Assembly: GCA_046598045.1 (NCBI GenBank)
Contig: JBKJJJ010000162.1
Span: forward strand, 17 to 64,016
Source of the DNA: Candidatus Eiseniibacteriota bacterium
Lineage (GTDB): Bacteria; Eisenbacteria; RBG-16-71-46; DASYSL01
Direction of reading: 5' to 3'
Length of the DNA stretch: 64,000 nucleotides
The notes under the pieces are model-generated. The model had not been told where the DNA came from, did not search any database, and was given only the letters and a program-made list of their open reading frames with translations. This document shows positions 17,902 to 29,798 of this stretch, piece after piece (position 1 is the first letter of the stretch; each line of letters starts with the position of its first letter). Position numbers and translations under genes: made by a program.

Positions 17902-19992
17902 ATGGATGTGTTCAGTTCTTTAAGGTTGGTCAAGCATCTCCTGCATTACCCCATCCGAGGGCGCAATATCGTGGGCGATCATCGGCACGCGCCGGCTTTC
18001 TGGAAGCAACTCGCGGGGCTCATGAGCGCATCATTGCTCTCGTGCACAACCGTTGCCAGCGCGCAGTGGTTGCCAGGCGGGGTCGCAGTTGCCCCAGGCA
18101 GCGACGCCGAAGACGGCCCACTCGTTACGGTCGACGGCAATCATGGTGCGTTCGTGGCCTGGCGTGATTACAGATCCGGTATCGGAAATGCTTATCTCAA
18201 ACGGATCACTGCGGCCGGACCGGCAACGCCCGGATGGCCGACCAGCGGCCTCGCGCTCTCAGCGAGTACTTTTTATGCCTCACCGTATTACATCGAGAAG
18301 GACGCCCAAGGCGGGGCAATCGTGGCCTGGGTAGACCTCGTCCGCTCGGGGTACGACATTTATGCGCAACGCACCCTGCCGAACGGTGCGTTCGCCAATG
18401 GCTGGCCGGCTGCCGGATTCCCCGTCGTTGTCCGGCCGGGTTACCAGGACCCGATGGGGATTGTCGCGGACGCCGACGGCGGTGCCTACTTCGTTTGGAG
18501 CGACGAGATCAAGCCGGATTCCATCGACATCTACGTCCAGCGACTGACCTTCGATGGACAAGTCGCACCGGGATGGCCCGTCGGCGGCCGCACGGTCGAA
18601 GCCGCGGCCGCGATGCGCAATCTCGCCTATGTCACGTCCGACGGCACGGGCGGCATGGTCGTGATCCACACCGATTCGCGTCTTTCCGCCACGCCGTTTC
18701 CGGTCAAGGGAGCAAACTTCTACGCCGCCAGGATCTTGCCCGATGGCTCCATGGCGCCCGGGTGGCCCGTGGCGGGGCTCGAGGTCGTGCGCTCCCAGAG
18801 CGCGATCACGAACTTCGCGATCTGCAGTGACGGGGCAGGCGGAGCGTACTTCGCCTGGAATGACAACCGTCTGGGCACCATGCCGCCCAACCCCTCCGAC
18901 TACAGCGTCTACGCCCAGCATGTGCTCGGCGAGGGGCGGCTCGATTCACGCTGGCCGATCGATGGCCTGCCGGTGTGCACGGCGCCAGGGATCCAGTTCA
19001 ATCTCGATCTCGAGGCCGATGGATCCGGCGGGATGTTGATTGCGTGGGAAGATCAGAGGAACGGCTACTCGAGGATTTTTGGCCAGAGGATTCGTCCCGA
19101 CGGTTCCCTCGCCCCGGGCTGGCAGGACCAGGGCAACCTGCTCTCGACTCGGGTCATGAGCCAGATCCTTCCGAGCATCGTGCCGGACGGGGCGGGTGGA
19201 ATGTTCACATTTTGGACTGTTTTCCCAAATGGGGACTACGACATCTATGGGCAGCACATGCGCGGCGACGGCACGCCCGCGGAGGGATGGACCGCCGAGG
19301 GCAGAACCATCTCCGCAGACCCCACGGCCAATGAGGACTACGCCGTCGCTGCGACCGATGGCGCAGGCGGCGCATATGTTGCGTGGCCTCGGAGCAATTT
19401 TACGGCCCAGGAGATCTACGCCACCCGCATCTTCGGCGACGGCCCCACGTCGACCCGCGTCTCCCTCGCTCAATCCGAGGTCGCCGGCGGCGAGGTTCGC
19501 CTCCGCTGGTCCGCACCGGGGATCGACGGAGTCGGCTCCTCGGTCTATCGCCGCACCGAGACCAGCGAGTGGCTCCAACTCGGCCCGGCGACGCGCCTCT
19601 CCCCCGAGCTGCTCGAGTTCGTGGATACGGGCCTCCAGCCCGGGCGATACGCCTATCGCCTCGTCTACCAGGACGGCGGGCAGGAATCCTTCACCGAGGA
19701 GAGTTGGGTCACCGTGACGGGGTCGAGCGAGCTGGCGCTCGCCGGCTTCCGCCCCAACCCCGCCCAGGGCGCGGCGAGCATGCACTTCAGCCTGCCCGAC
19801 GCGGCACCCGCGCACCTCGAGATTCATGACGTGCGCGGCCGCATGATCGACTCGCGCGAGGTCGGGAGTCTCGGGCCCGGGGAGCACAGCCTCGCGATCG
19901 CGGGTGGCCGCGCCTTGCCGGCGGGCGTGTACTGGCTCCGGCTCGTGCGGGCAGATCGCGTGCTCACGGCGCGCGGCGTGGTCGTGAACTGA
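17902..19992 (+). CDS. Secreted repeat protein (seven ~48-aa 'PGWP...DGxGG...DIYAQR' repeats) with T9SS-type C-terminal domain
   Basis: Internal ATG of ORF 17806..19992 with GGCGGG RBS; repeats ending DIYAQR/DIYVQR/SVYAQH/RIFGQR/DIYGQH/EIYATR; C-terminus '...HLEIHDVRGRMIDSREV...ALPAGVYWLRLVRADRVLTARGVVVN'. Confidence 0.65.
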   Translation: MDVFSSLRLVKHLLHYPIRGRNIVGDHRHAPAFWKQLAGLMSASLLSCTTVASAQWLPGGVAVAPGSDAEDGPLVTVDGNHGAFVAWRDYRSGIGNAYLKRITAAGPATPGWPTSGLALSASTFYASPYYIEKDAQGGAIVAWVDLVRSGYDIYAQRTLPNGAFANGWPAAGFPVVVRPGYQDPMGIVADADGGAYFVWSDEIKPDSIDIYVQRLTFDGQVAPGWPVGGRTVEAAAAMRNLAYVTSDGTGGMVVIHTDSRLSATPFPVKGANFYAARILPDGSMAPGWPVAGLEVVRSQSAITNFAICSDGAGGAYFAWNDNRLGTMPPNPSDYSVYAQHVLGEGRLDSRWPIDGLPVCTAPGIQFNLDLEADGSGGMLIAWEDQRNGYSRIFGQRIRPDGSLAPGWQDQGNLLSTRVMSQILPSIVPDGAGGMFTFWTVFPNGDYDIYGQHMRGDGTPAEGWTAEGRTISADPTANEDYAVAATDGAGGAYVAWPRSNFTAQEIYATRIFGDGPTSTRVSLAQSEVAGGEVRLRWSAPGIDGVGSSVYRRTETSEWLQLGPATRLSPELLEFVDTGLQPGRYAYRLVYQDGGQESFTEESWVTVTGSSELALAGFRPNPAQGAASMHFSLPDAAPAHLEIHDVRGRMIDSREVGSLGPGEHSLAIAGGRALPAGVYWLRLVRADRVLTARGVVVN

Positions 19993-20040
19993 TCAGCCGC
20001 CGCAGCACGTATCACAAGTTCGAACGCCCCGCCCCGGGGC

Positions 20041-20089
20041 CTGGCGCTGGCAGGTAATTCTTACGAGGGCGTCGGCCTCCCCGATTGCA
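20041..20089 (+). repeat. 49-bp direct repeat of hemY 3' end (copy of 13646..13694, 1 mismatch)
   Basis: CTGGCGCTGGCAGGTAATTCTTACG[G/A]GGGCGTCGGCCTCCCCGATTGCA present at both sites; flanking similarity extends ~25 nt further. Confidence 0.8.
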
Positions 20090-20226
20090 GCGGTGAGGCG
20101 GCGGAAGCCGCCGTGCTCGCGGGAATCGCGCTCGGCGCGCTCGGCGATTGACCCCCGGGCCGCAAGGCCTTATCCTTGTCCGGCGATCCCTTACTCACCC
20201 TTTCCGCATTTTCGGAACGACGACCC

Positions 20227-22671
20227 ATGTTCACCTCCCCCTCGCGACTGCGCCTCGTGCGCGGATTGCCCTCACTTGCCCTGCTCGCGCTCCTGGCGCG
20301 TCCGGGCGCGGCGGCCGGATATGACCCGTGGCCGCTCAGCCTCGACCCCGTGCGCGCGGCCGGGCTACACGCGCGCCTGAGCGGCGAGGAACTCCCGTTC
20401 GCGCTCGTGGCACCGTACGCGCAGGTTCCGATCGCGCCCGAGGCCGACGTACCGGCGACCACCCTGTCCGGATCCGGCTGGGAGGCGATCCCGCCACCCG
20501 CGCGCTGGGTGCACTCGACGATCTACGACCCGCTGCGCGACCGGCTCGTGGTGTTCGGCGGGCAGAGCTACACCGGCAACTCGAACGAGACCTGGGCGTT
20601 CTACCTGGGCGGCATTCCGCACTGGCAGAAGCTCTCGCCCTCCGGCACGCCGCCGTCGCCGCGCGGGTTCCAGAGCGCGATCTACGATTCGCTGCGCGAC
20701 CGCATGATCATCTTCGGCGGATCGGACGCATCCAGCGTATCCAAGAACGAGGTCTGGGCGCTGTCCTTCGCGGGCAACCCGACGTGGTCCTTGCTCGCGC
20801 CGACCGGCGCGTCACCCGCGCCGCGGACGTGGCACAGCGCGGTCTACGATCGCGCGCGCGACCGCATGCTGGTCATGGGCGGCCAGGTGGGCGGGGTCAG
20901 CGTGGGCGACGTGTGGGCGATGTCGCTCGCGGGCACGCCGGCGTGGACGCAGCTCGCGCCCACCGGGCCGGCCCCCGGGGGCCGCTCCGCGCACGCCGCG
21001 GTGTATGACGCCTCGGCCGACCGGCTGGTGATCTTCGGGGGGCTCGACGCGGCCGGGCAGCCGAGGAACGACGCCTGGTCCCTCGCGCTCGCGGGAACGC
21101 CCACGTGGAGCCAGCTCCTGCCGGCCGGCGCGCCCCCGTCCGCGCGCTACGGCGTGGCCGGGCTGTACGACCGCGTGCGCCAGCGCATGGTCGTGTTCGC
21201 CGGCGGAACCGGGGCGCCGAACCAGAACGATGCGTGGACGCTCTCGCTCGGCGCCAGCCCGGCGTGGACCGCGCTCGCGCCCTTGAATGCGCCGCAGGGG
21301 CGGCAATTCCACAGCGTCTCCTACGATCCGATCGGCGACCGCATGCTCGCGTTCGGCGGCTCGAGCGGGACGATTCTCTCCGACACGTGGGCGCTGCCGC
21401 TGGCGGCGCCGACCGCGTGGGTGCCGCTCTCGGGTACGCGACGCAAGGGCCACAGCGCTCTCTACGACAGCGCGCGCGGCCGCATGATCGTGTTCGGCGG
21501 CGAGAATGCGACCCCGCTCAACGACGTCTGGGATCTGTCGCTCGGCACCGTCTCAACCTGGTCGCGGCTGGCCCCCAACGGTACGCCCCCCACGCCGCGG
21601 ACGCTCCAGGGCGCGATCTACGAGCCGACGCGCGACCGCATCATCATCTTCGGCGGCCGCGACTCGGCGCCGCTGAACGATGCCTGGGAGCTTTCCCTCT
21701 CGGGTGAACTGGCGTGGCTCCCGCTCGCCCCGTTGGGCACGCCGCCCACGCCGCGCGAGGACGTCGCGACGGCCTACGACGAGCAGCGTAGCCGCCTGAT
21801 GGTGTTCGGCGGCGCCGACCTCGGAGGGGTGTACAACGAAGTCTGGGCGCTGTCGCTCTCCGGCACGCCGACCTGGACGAAGCTCACGCCCGCCGGCACC
21901 GCGCCCTCCGCGCGCGGCGGCGCGCACATGATCTACGACCATGCCCGCGACCGGCTCGTGGTCTACGGCGGCTTCGACCGCCTGTTCCTGCCGATCGGCG
22001 ACGTCTTCGCGCTCACGCTCTCGGGCACGCCGACGTGGACGAAGCTCCTCCCGACCGGCACCGCGCCCGCGCCGCGCTTCGCCGGCGCGGCGATCTACGA
22101 CCCGACGCGCGACCGCTTCCTGGTCTCGGGCGGGACGGACTTCGACCAGTACTTCAGCGACACGTTCGCGATCAATTTTTCGGGCGCGACCGGCGCAGGC
22201 TGGACCCCGCTGACGTTCGCGGGCACGATTCCCAGCTCGCGCTCCGACCACCGCGCGATCTACGACGTGGCGAGCGACCGCATGGTGTGCTTCGGCGGGC
22301 AGAGCCTGGGCGGTATCCTGCACGAGACCTGGGCGCTCGACTTCGCGAACACGGTCGACGTGCCGCCTGCGCCTGCTGCGCCCGCGCGCGTCACGCTCGA
22401 GGCCGCGCGGCCGAATCCCGCGCGCTCAGGCTCCGGCACGACGCTCGGCTTCGCGCTCCCCCGCGCGATGTCGCGGGTCGAGCTCGCGCTGTTCGACGTG
22501 TCGGGGCGGCGGGTTGCCGTGCTCGCGCGCGGCGCGTTCGAGGCGGGCCCTCACCCGGCGCGCTGGGACGGCAATGACGAAGCCGGCCGGCGGGTGCCGA
22601 CCGGCGTGTACTTCGCGCGGCTTCAGACCGAGGATGGGGTGGCGACCGGGAAGATCGTCGTCGCGCGCTAG
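20227..22671 (+). CDS. Secreted Kelch-repeat protein (>=12 Kelch-like repeats) with T9SS-type C-terminal sorting domain
   Basis: 814 aa from internal ATG (signal MFTSPSRLRLVRGLPSLALLALLARPGAAAG); repeated 'W..L.P.G..P.PR..H.AVYD...DR...FGG' units; C-terminus '...ELALFDVSGRRVAVLARG...ARWDGNDEAGRRVPTGVYFARLQTEDGVATGKIVVAR'. Confidence 0.8.
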   Translation: MFTSPSRLRLVRGLPSLALLALLARPGAAAGYDPWPLSLDPVRAAGLHARLSGEELPFALVAPYAQVPIAPEADVPATTLSGSGWEAIPPPARWVHSTIYDPLRDRLVVFGGQSYTGNSNETWAFYLGGIPHWQKLSPSGTPPSPRGFQSAIYDSLRDRMIIFGGSDASSVSKNEVWALSFAGNPTWSLLAPTGASPAPRTWHSAVYDRARDRMLVMGGQVGGVSVGDVWAMSLAGTPAWTQLAPTGPAPGGRSAHAAVYDASADRLVIFGGLDAAGQPRNDAWSLALAGTPTWSQLLPAGAPPSARYGVAGLYDRVRQRMVVFAGGTGAPNQNDAWTLSLGASPAWTALAPLNAPQGRQFHSVSYDPIGDRMLAFGGSSGTILSDTWALPLAAPTAWVPLSGTRRKGHSALYDSARGRMIVFGGENATPLNDVWDLSLGTVSTWSRLAPNGTPPTPRTLQGAIYEPTRDRIIIFGGRDSAPLNDAWELSLSGELAWLPLAPLGTPPTPREDVATAYDEQRSRLMVFGGADLGGVYNEVWALSLSGTPTWTKLTPAGTAPSARGGAHMIYDHARDRLVVYGGFDRLFLPIGDVFALTLSGTPTWTKLLPTGTAPAPRFAGAAIYDPTRDRFLVSGGTDFDQYFSDTFAINFSGATGAGWTPLTFAGTIPSSRSDHRAIYDVASDRMVCFGGQSLGGILHETWALDFANTVDVPPAPAAPARVTLEAARPNPARSGSGTTLGFALPRAMSRVELALFDVSGRRVAVLARGAFEAGPHPARWDGNDEAGRRVPTGVYFARLQTEDGVATGKIVVAR

Positions 22672-23222
22672 AGCATCCCCAACTGCAACTTCGCCGCCTC
22701 GGACATGCGGTCTCTGTCCCACGCCGGCTCCCACACGATCTCGACGTTGACCTCGCTCACGCCGGGCACGTGCCCGATCTTCTCCTCGACGTCGGTCTTG
22801 AGGTACTCGCCCATGCCGCATCCGGGCGCGGTCATGGTCATCGCGATGTCGACGCGATTGCCGCCCGTCGGGATCGGCACGATGTCGCACTTGTAGACCA
22901 GGCCCAGGTCCACGATGTTGACCGGGATCTCGGGGTCGTACACGGTGCGCATCTGGTCCCACACCAGTTCCTCGTCCACGGGGCCGCTCGCCGTCGGATG
23001 CGCGAGGCGCGGGTCGGCGGCCTTGATCTCGTGGCCGAGCGCGTCCGCGTCCTTGCCGTCGACGCGGTACAGGTAGCCATCGACGGTCATGACGGTGTAG
23101 TTGCCGCCGAGCGTCTGGGTCACCAATACGTGCGCGCCCGCTGGCAGCTTGGCCTTCGTGCCCGCGGGAATCTCCACCACTTCGACGTCGCGCACCAGCG
23201 CGACCGGTTCGCTCTCACGCAC
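22668..23222 (-). CDS. sufT: Fe-S cluster assembly protein SufT (DUF59/MIP18 family) with N-terminal extension
   Basis: 184 aa; DUF59 core 'VDLGLVYKCDI...VDIAMTMTAPGCGMGEY...VEIVWEPAWD'; last gene of suf operon. Confidence 0.75.
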   Translation of the reverse strand: MRESEPVALVRDVEVVEIPAGTKAKLPAGAHVLVTQTLGGNYTVMTVDGYLYRVDGKDADALGHEIKAADPRLAHPTASGPVDEELVWDQMRTVYDPEIPVNIVDLGLVYKCDIVPIPTGGNRVDIAMTMTAPGCGMGEYLKTDVEEKIGHVPGVSEVNVEIVWEPAWDRDRMSEAAKLQLGML

Positions 23223-23228
23223 CTGGCA

Positions 23229-23680
23229 TCACTCCGTGGAAACGGGCGCGTGGGCGCCCTCGAGCGCGGCCCTGAGCGTGTGCCACGCCAGGCTCGCGCA
23301 CTTGACCCGTACCGGGAACTCGGACACGCCCGCGAACACCGCGAGCTTGCCCATCGCTTCGGGATGCTCGCCGGCCGCCGCGGACTCGCCCGTGACCAGG
23401 CGGTGGAACGCGGTAAACAGTATTTCGGCCTCGGACTTCGTCAGGCCCTTGACCGCCTGCGTCATCATCGACGCCGATGCCTTGCTGATCGCACAGCCGT
23501 CGCCGGTGAAGCTCACGTCCTCGACGCGGTCGTTCTCGAGTCGCGCCCAGACGTGCACCTGGTCGCCGCACAGCGGGTTGAAGCCCTGCGCGTCGCCCGT
23601 GGCGCCGTCCAGCGCGTGAAAGTTGCGCGGCGCCTTGCTGTGGTCGAGCACGACCTCCTGGTAGAGATCCCGCAGGTCGC

Positions 23681-23684
<4 letters not shown>
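23229..23684 (-). CDS. sufU: Fe-S cluster scaffold SufU/NifU-like
   Basis: 151 aa in 3' part of ORF 23229..24641; 'LYQEVVLDHSKAPRNF...NPLCGDQV...GDGCAISKASASMM...RVKCASLAW'; GTG start overlapping sufS stop (GTGA). Confidence 0.8.
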
Positions 23685-24933
<1,249 letters not shown>

Positions 24934-24937
<4 letters not shown>

Positions 24938-26181
24938 GACGCGGCCCCGGCGGTGAGCGACTCCATGCGGGCCGCGACCAGCGCGTCGATCTCGGCGCGC
25001 AACGCGGGCGGCGAGACGCGCTCGACCACGGCGCGCGCGAACGCGTGGGTGAGCATCGCGCGCGCGGCCGCCGGGTCGATGCCGCGGGCGCGCAGGTAGA
25101 ACAGCGCGTCGTCGTCGAGCTGCCCGACGGTCGCGCCGTGCGCGCACTTGACGTCGTCGGCGAAGATCTGGAGCTCGGGCTTGGTGTCGATCATCGCGTC
25201 CTCGGACAGGAGCAGGTTCTGGTTCTGCTGCCGGGCGTCGCTCTTCTGCGCGTTCGGGCGGATGATCACCGCGCCGTTGAACACCGCGCGCGAGCGCCCC
25301 GCGAGCACGCCCTTGAACAGCTCGCGGCTCGTGCACTTCGGCACCGCGTGGTCGGCGATCGTGTGGTGGTCGACGAGGTCGTCGCCGGCGCAGACGTACA
25401 GGCCGTCGAGGTCGGCCTCCCCGCCCTCGCCGGCAAACGTGACGTGCACGTCACGGCGTGACAACCGTCCGCCGAGCGCAAACGAGCGCGACGCGAAGCG
25501 CGCCCCCGCGCCGAGGCGCGCGAATGCCGCGCCCACATGCAGCGACCCGGGCACGTCGCCGAGCAGCGAGACGTGCTCGACCACCGCGCCCTCCTTGATC
25601 TCGAACTCGATCACGGAGTTGACGAGATTGCCCGCGGCCTGGCTCGCGCGGAAGTCCTCGACCACGGTCAGGCGTGCGCCGCGCTCGGCGATCACGAGTA
25701 CGCGCGGGTGGGACGCCACGGGTACGTCGCCCGCGGGCGGGGACCGGTGGACGATGCGCACCGGCGCCTCGAGCGTGACGCCGGGCGCGACGTGCACCAG
25801 GACGCCGTCCTCGATCAACGCGGTATTGAGCGCGATCAACGCCCGCTCCTGCCACGCGGCGACGCGGCCGAGCGTGCGCGCGATGCCGTCCGCCAGGATC
25901 GGGTTCGCGAGCGCGGCGGCGAGACCGCCGACCCACGCGCCGCCGGGCAACGCGGGCGCGTCCGTGGTCGGCACGAACGCGGCATCGGTGAACGCGGCCT
26001 GGGTGATCGGCGCCGGATTCGTGAAGCGCCAGTCCTCGAGCCGGGTGTGCGGCGGGCCGAGCACGCCGAAGCGCTCCCACGCGTCGCGCCTCAGCGAGGT
26101 CAGCCAGAGCGGCGCGGACCTGGACTCGCGGCGCGCGTATGCCGCCGCCCAGTCGGTCTTCTGGGTGGCCAGGGTGCTCAT
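24934..26181 (-). CDS. sufD: Fe-S cluster assembly protein SufD
   Basis: 415 aa; SufD/SufB beta-helix family similarity; position between sufC and sufS. Confidence 0.85.
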
Positions 26182-26936
26182 CGCGTCTCCGCCGGCGCGT
26201 CGTGCACCCAGCCGTAGCCCTTCTTCTCGAGCTCGAGCGCGAGTTCTTTCGGGCCGGACTCGACGATGCGACCGTCGGACAGGACGTGCACGAAGTCGGG
26301 CACGATGTGGTCGAGCAGGCGCTGGTAGTGCGTGATCACGACCATCGCGCGCTCCGGGCCGCGCAGCGCGTTGACGCCGCCGGCGACGGTCTTGAGCGCG
26401 TCGATGTCGAGGCCGGAGTCGGTCTCATCCAGCAGCGCGAGCCGCGGCTCGAGCATGGCCATCTGGAAAATCTCGTTCTTCTTCTTCTCGCCGCCCGAGA
26501 AACCCTCGTTGACCGAGCGCTCGAGCAGCGCCTGCGGCATGCCCAGGAGCTTCATCTTGCTGCGCGCGAGCGCGAGGAAGTCGACCGCGTCGAGCGGCTC
26601 CAGGCCATGCTCCTTGCGCGCCGCGTTGACCGCCGTGCGCAGGAAGTACAGGTTGCCCACGCCCGGAATCTCGATCGGGTACTGGAACGCGAGGAACACG
26701 CCCTTGCGCGCGCGCACCTCGGGCTCGAGCCCGAGCAGATCCTGCCCGTCGTACGTCACCGAGCCCTTCGTGACCTCGTAGCCGGGGCGGCCGGAGAGCA
26801 CGTGCGCGAGCGTGCTCTTGCCCGAGCCGTTCGGCCCCATGATGGCGTGCACCTGGCCTGCGTCGACCGTGAGGTCCACGCCCTTGAGCACGGCCTTGCC
26901 GCCCACCGCGACGTGCAGGTTCTCGATCTTCAGCAT
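26178..26936 (-). CDS. sufC: Fe-S cluster assembly ATPase SufC
   Basis: 252 aa in 3' part of ORF 26178..27692; Walker A 'GPNGSGKST', ABC signature 'FSGGEKKKNEI', Walker B 'LLDETDSGLD'. Confidence 0.9.
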   Translation of the reverse strand: MLKIENLHVAVGGKAVLKGVDLTVDAGQVHAIMGPNGSGKSTLAHVLSGRPGYEVTKGSVTYDGQDLLGLEPEVRARKGVFLAFQYPIEIPGVGNLYFLRTAVNAARKEHGLEPLDAVDFLALARSKMKLLGMPQALLERSVNEGFSGGEKKKNEIFQMAMLEPRLALLDETDSGLDIDALKTVAGGVNALRGPERAMVVITHYQRLLDHIVPDFVHVLSDGRIVESGPKELALELEKKGYGWVHDAPAETR

Positions 26937-26959
26937 GGACCTCTCCCCATTGGCGCCGC

Positions 26960-28408
<1,449 letters not shown>

Positions 28409-28412
28409 CGCG

Positions 28413-28910
28413 CTACACCACCTTCCCGTGCGCCGCTTCCGCCGCGGCGAGACGCAACTGCAGGAACCCGTGCATGGCCGGCTCGGAGCGCACCAGCGAC
28501 TTGAGCGACACGCGCGCGAGCGCGTCGTGCACCAGCCGATCGAGCCCCACCAGCACCGGGCGGATCGAGCAGTTGCCGTCGTGCGCGCAGCGGCCGCTCG
28601 CGCCGGCCATCGCCTGGATGCCCGCGTGCTCGCCGCAGAATTTGTTGGAGTAGAGTCGCCCGCCCAGCGCCACGATCACCTCGGAGAGGTCGATCGCATC
28701 GGCCGGCCGCGCCAGCGCGTAGCCACCCTTCTGCCCGCGGCTCGCCGTCACCAGCCCGGCGCGCTTGAGGACGCCCATGAGCTTCGCGACGTATGCGGGG
28801 GTCAGACCCTCGGCCTTCGCGATCTCGTGGATGGTCCCGAGCGCGTCGGGGTGGTGCGCCAGCCGCACGAGGCAGCGCATGCCGTATTCTTCCTGGGAGG
28901 AGAGCTTCAT
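28413..28910 (-). CDS. Rrf2-family transcriptional regulator with CX12CX5C cluster-ligand motif (IscR/SufR-like)
   Basis: 165 aa from internal ATG of ORF 28413..29015; wHTH '[18 protein letters not shown]...'; C-terminal '[23 protein letters not shown]'; first gene of suf operon. Confidence 0.8.
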   Translation of the reverse strand: MKLSSQEEYGMRCLVRLAHHPDALGTIHEIAKAEGLTPAYVAKLMGVLKRAGLVTASRGQKGGYALARPADAIDLSEVIVALGGRLYSNKFCGEHAGIQAMAGASGRCAHDGNCSIRPVLVGLDRLVHDALARVSLKSLVRSEPAMHGFLQLRLAAAEAAHGKVV

Positions 28911-28917
28911 GCCCTGA

Positions 28918-28938
28918 TTTTGTCCAAAGTGGACAAAA
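28918..28938 (-). promoter_or_regulatory. Perfect palindrome TTTTGTCCA-aag-TGGACAAAA immediately upstream of Rrf2/suf operon start (candidate Rrf2 operator)
   Basis: 9-bp arms, 3-bp spacer, 8 nt from start codon. Confidence 0.45.
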
Positions 28939-29015
28939 CAGTCAAGTACCCCGCGGACCGGCCTCGCGAAACCGAATTCGGTGTAAATCGTTGCGGTGCA
29001 ACGGCAAAATGTCAT

Positions 29016-29039
29016 CGAACGTGCCAGGTGGCACGTTCG
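29016..29039 (-). promoter_or_regulatory. Perfect palindrome CGAACGTGCCA-gg-TGGCACGTTCG upstream of suf operon (second candidate operator)
   Basis: 11-bp arms, 2-bp spacer, ~110 nt upstream of Rrf2 start. Confidence 0.45.
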
Positions 29040-29087
29040 ATTGGGTCAAGTGATGTAATTGCAGCAGATTAAGGAAGAGGGGACTCC

Positions 29088-29732
29088 CTAGCGATACAGC
29101 CCCTTCACCCGCCCCCACGTCCCGCTCAGGGTCGGTGTTGCGGCCTCGCAGTACCCCATCCCCGCCAGATTGATCGTGTACGGGTTGAGCGGCTGGACGT
29201 TTGGCGTTCCCGCCCAGCCGGTCAGGGTGCCGGCCGCGCCCGGGCCGTCCGGGGAGCGCTGACCGAGCGGGCCGGACAGCCAGATCGCGCCGCCCGCCGA
29301 TTGCGCGTCGAAGCCCGAGTAGGACACCGCGACGTAGTAGGTCCCCGCGGGGAGCGAGGTGTTCGGGGCGACGATCGTCTTGCTGCCGAACTGGCAATTC
29401 TGGTTCAGGAAGACACCGTTCCCGAGCGCGTCGAACAGCCAAATGTTCGGCCCGCTGATCACGACGCACTGGAGCTGGACGATGGGCTGGCCGGCCGGCG
29501 GGACCGACAGGAGGTTGACGCAGTACAGGTCGACGTCCGTGGGCGAGCCGAGCGCGCCGGTGATCTTTTGCAGGGGGCCGTTCCCGACCGTGCTCTGCGC
29601 GGAGGCGACGAGGTCCCCCGCGTCCCCGGATTCGGCCCAGGTCTGGGCGCGGGCGACGGGGGGGGCAGCCAGCGTGAGCAGCAGGGCGGCGGCGAACGCC
29701 AGGAGGCGGGAATGCTGTTGAATCGTGGCCAT
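29088..29732 (-). CDS. Secreted PPC (pre-peptidase C-terminal)-like domain protein with C-terminal ...GTWGRVKGLYR tail (family member E)
   Basis: 214 aa from internal ATG; signal peptide MATIQQHSRLLAFAAALLLTLAAPPVARAQ; 'DVDLYCVNL...GTYYVAVSYSG' resembles PPC domain; ends with W-G-x-V-K-x-x-Y-R. Confidence 0.65.
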   Translation of the reverse strand: MATIQQHSRLLAFAAALLLTLAAPPVARAQTWAESGDAGDLVASAQSTVGNGPLQKITGALGSPTDVDLYCVNLLSVPPAGQPIVQLQCVVISGPNIWLFDALGNGVFLNQNCQFGSKTIVAPNTSLPAGTYYVAVSYSGFDAQSAGGAIWLSGPLGQRSPDGPGAAGTLTGWAGTPNVQPLNPYTINLAGMGYCEAATPTLSGTWGRVKGLYR

Positions 29733-29798
29733 GGGGGCTCCCGAATCGATCTGCGGCCGGGGGGATCCCGGCCGCGGCCAACGAGCATAGCACAAACC

